NCBI GenBank assembly: GCA_965235115.1
Contig: OZ249436.1
Span: 25,608,001 to 25,672,000, forward strand
Source of the DNA: Laetmonice hystrix
Taxonomy: Eukaryota
Reading direction: 5' to 3'
Length of the DNA: 64,000 nt
Shown in pieces: positions 60,901 to 64,000 of this stretch (position 1 is the first letter of the stretch; each line of letters starts with the position of its first letter). Under the pieces are notes generated by a model. That model did not search any database, was not told where the DNA came from, and was given only the letters and a program-made list of their open reading frames with translations. The translations under genes were made by a program, and so were the position numbers.

Positions 60901-62416
60901 CCGGCGCCACCCAACGCCTCCCTGCGCCGCCCGGCGTGGGCACATCCCTCTATATCCCCACTCTTTCTTTTTGAAGAATTGAAAAAGAATTATTGTTAGG
61001 CTAGCCACGGGTCCAGGATTTTCAGCAGCGGGGTCTCGGGAATTCTCTTAAAATTAGAAGCTCTTAGAAGCGATTTCCTGCCTTTTATGGGCCATTTTAG
61101 TGCATTATATTTTGTGGACTCAACACCTGTTCCTTTGGTGTTGTTCCGTTGAATCTAAGGGAAAAAGAATCTATGCTGATGCTCTGGCGGAGCAGGGGGG
61201 TCTGCCACCCTGAACCCCTGCCGACACGCACCTGAAATAATTTAAGAAACTTCAAATCTATCTCCAGAAATAGCGTTTTTTGACCTTCTAAATTCAAGTC
61301 CCCCCCCCCCCATGTTCGCCTCGCACCTTTGGTGCCCCTCCTTTCGTGCAGTGCTGGATCTGTGCATGCCTGCATGAAAGGAGGAGCATGATGTTATCAT
61401 CATTTTCTTCAGCCTATAACTTGTAAACGGTACAAGATGGAGCCATGGTTACTCTTGAACAGGAAGAGGAAGTCATATACATTGTATGCTGTTTCAATTG
61501 ACACCAAGATTTATAATGTAGCATATCATATGATGTCATGATGATGTCATTGACATCTTTGAAAGTTTCTTAATCCTAAACCATTCAAGATAGAGAATGG
61601 TTACCACTTAACACTAATAGGAAGTCATATATGCTCTTTCCTTCGACACAATTTTTTTAGGTGACGACGTGACCTATGACGTCAGATGGAAGTCGATATT
61701 TTAGTATGGCTTAAGACAATGACACTGATCATGCAATATCTTGGTCATTTTTCAACATATCTCAACCATATTTGGCAGGCATGTAGATATCCTGTAAACA
61801 GTGAAAGATAGACACATAGTTACTATTGAACACGAATAGGAAGTCATACATCCTCTTACAATTAATACCAAGATTTATGACGTACCATGACGTGTGACGT
61901 CATAATGACGTCATTGGCATTTTCTAAGGCTTATAAGTTTTAAACCGTGACAGCTGAAGCCATGCTTACTAATGAACATGAATAGGAAGTCATATTACAT
62001 TGTATATACTCTTTCAATTGGCATCAAGATTTATGACGTAGCATGTCGTATTACGACATTGGAATATAAGCCTGAAGGCATGCAAGATAGAGTCATGGTT
62101 ACTATTGAACACGAATAGGAAATCATGCATGCTGTTTACATTGACACCAATATTTATGACATAGCCTGATGTATGACGTCACCAAGATTTATGACGTAAC
62201 GTGACGTATGATGTCATGATGATGTCTAGGACAGGTTATGCATTAGCCTTAGCCTAGCCTAATAGAAACCTGATTGGCCATTATGCTATATCAATATCAC
62301 CACACCACGGTCAAATCTCCTTCATTTTCATGATTTATCATCACATGTCACATGACATGTGACATGTAACACCAAGGGATGGGCTCCATCGTTGTCAAAA
62401 CAACGACAGGTCTAGT

Positions 62417-64000
62417 TATCCCATCCCCCATCAAGGGGATGGGATTTTGAAATTGTGTGGTTTCATCTTCCGTATTATTATCCCATCCCCCATCAAGGGG
62501 ATGGGATTTTGAAATTGTGTGGTTTCATCTTCTGTATTATTATCCCATCCCCCATCAAGGGGATGGGATTTTGAAATTGTGTGGTTTCATCTTCCGTATT
62601 ATTCCCGTAGGTGTAGTAGTTAAACTCATTCTCTTTAGCATCGTATCTCGCTCATTTTTCAAGATAGCAATACAAAACTTGGTAGGCGTATTAAGGACGC
62701 CAGAGAGAATTTGCAGTTTGACGCTTGACGTCATATGACGTCACGTCATGACGTTAATCGTGTTTTACGCATTGAGGCCATTTTCTAAAGCTCATATTGA
62801 GAATTTCAAAAACGTCTCATGCCAAGATAATCAGGCAAGGGTATTGCCTAAATCTGACCCTTGCTTTGACCTTTGACCTTTAAGCTGAGGGAGAACTGGG
62901 TCAGAGGTCACAAATCGGTTAAATTGATTCTTCTTCCCCATTTTTTGGTGAAACTTGACAATATGTGGTAGAAGCATTCTCCAATGTAAGCTCCACAAAC
63001 TGGTGCATCGGGTAAACAATTTGACGTATTTTCACTAAACCACGTGACTTTGAAGTTTTGAACTCGGGTCATTTTGAAAGGTCCTTGCTGTAACTTTTGA
63101 AAGATTTAAGACAGAGCCTTAATTGTTCATTAACTTTATAAAAGTGAATGTCTTCGTTAATAAAGTACCATAATGTTTGTATCACGAGACATGTGACGTC
63201 ATCTATGACGTCATCTTTCTGATTTATGTAACCGAACTTCTACGGGCTGTATCTTGAAAGGTATTACACATAGCCATATGAAAGTACATCTGTTGTAAAG
63301 TACATAGAGTCAGGTATACCACTGATTGTTCAATTCTTGTTCTCGAAAGGCATTATAGCCACAATCATAAGTTGTCATGTGTATTAGTCTTCACATATTA
63401 TAATGTTTGGCACTAGGATGGTTGGGGTCTCTGTATACACAGATCGCCCACTGTGCGTTCGCCGTTCGGCTCCAGCCGGGTCGGCAGAGTGTTATGTAAG
63501 TGCTACTGATAAGGCCCGCTGGTGTCGACTGCCCCAGTCCTCACAGTCAGGGTGTTGTTGGAGGAATCTGTACCCAGAACAACCCCAACTGAATGAATTA
63601 GCGGTGCTTTAGAGCTGTATGTGTAACTGTCTAATACATATTTTTTTGAATCTTATATTGGAGGAGAGCAATAAAACAAAACTCTCATGAAGGTTGTCTT
63701 CTTGAAGTTACAAAACAACTCTTGGCCAGCCAGGTTTAGTGAGCCAGCAGATTGATGTGAATAGATGTCACATTTCGGGCCGGTCGTCGGTCGTGACTAC
63801 TCCTCCTTTCCTCCAGGGTCAGGGTAGGTTTGGAGCATTAGGCCTATGTCTATTCAGAACTGACATAACTGAATTAGCTGTGATTTTGAACTGTAGGTAT
63901 AACGGTCTAATACATACATGTATATGTTTTTGAATCTGTTTTGTTTTGAATAGGAGTAGAGTTGAACTAGATATGTTGTGGAGTACTATAATGATTTTCA
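62417..64000 (+). mobile_element. Next Helentron/HINE-like copy (5' part)
   Basis: ATCCCATCCCCCATCAAGGGGATGGGATTTTGAAATTGTGTGG three times, then a body homologous to 54240-55100 and 58230-59110. Confidence 0.6.

Larger units (their letters stand above)
54047..62416 (+). mobile_element. Helentron/HINE (DINE-1-like) non-autonomous element with nested insertions
   Basis: 5' CCCATCCC..GGGATGGG inverted repeat followed by TAT/TAG microsatellites. 3' GGGATGGG, hairpin TCGTTGT-CAAA-ACAACGA, then CTAGT. An equivalent 3' end precedes it at 54001-54045. Confidence 0.6.

Overview
Eukaryotic, repeat-only window (probably an invertebrate metazoan; the taxon cannot be fixed from sequence alone) with no recognisable host gene. 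Bases 1-53071 are a 1753-bp satellite array, each unit a dimer of two diverged ~870-880-bp monomers, interrupted by three large insertions. (1) An apparently intact Ngaro-type tyrosine-recombinase retrotransposon (4687-11788, minus strand) with split direct repeats A1..B1-A2-B2 and ORFs for SGNH hydrolase, gag, RT/RNase H and YR. (2) A 5'-truncated CR1/L2-group LINE (15545-33158) whose ORF1 continues, across a +1 shift in a C7 run, into a NADAR/YbiA domain. A very young Gypsy element (17631-29623) with gag, -1 frameshift signal, chromodomain-bearing pol and an F-like env is nested inside this LINE. (3) A 14.5-kb element with no long ORF (34809-49284) whose ends fit a conservative AAA-core recombination of a circle into the satellite; it carries an internal copy of the circle junction, convergent poly(A) signals and repeated RNA-like hairpins. 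Bases 53072-64000 are head-to-tail Helentron/HINE-like elements with a solo LTR and MITEs. The best novelty candidates are the NADAR-bearing LINE and the non-coding circle-integrated element.
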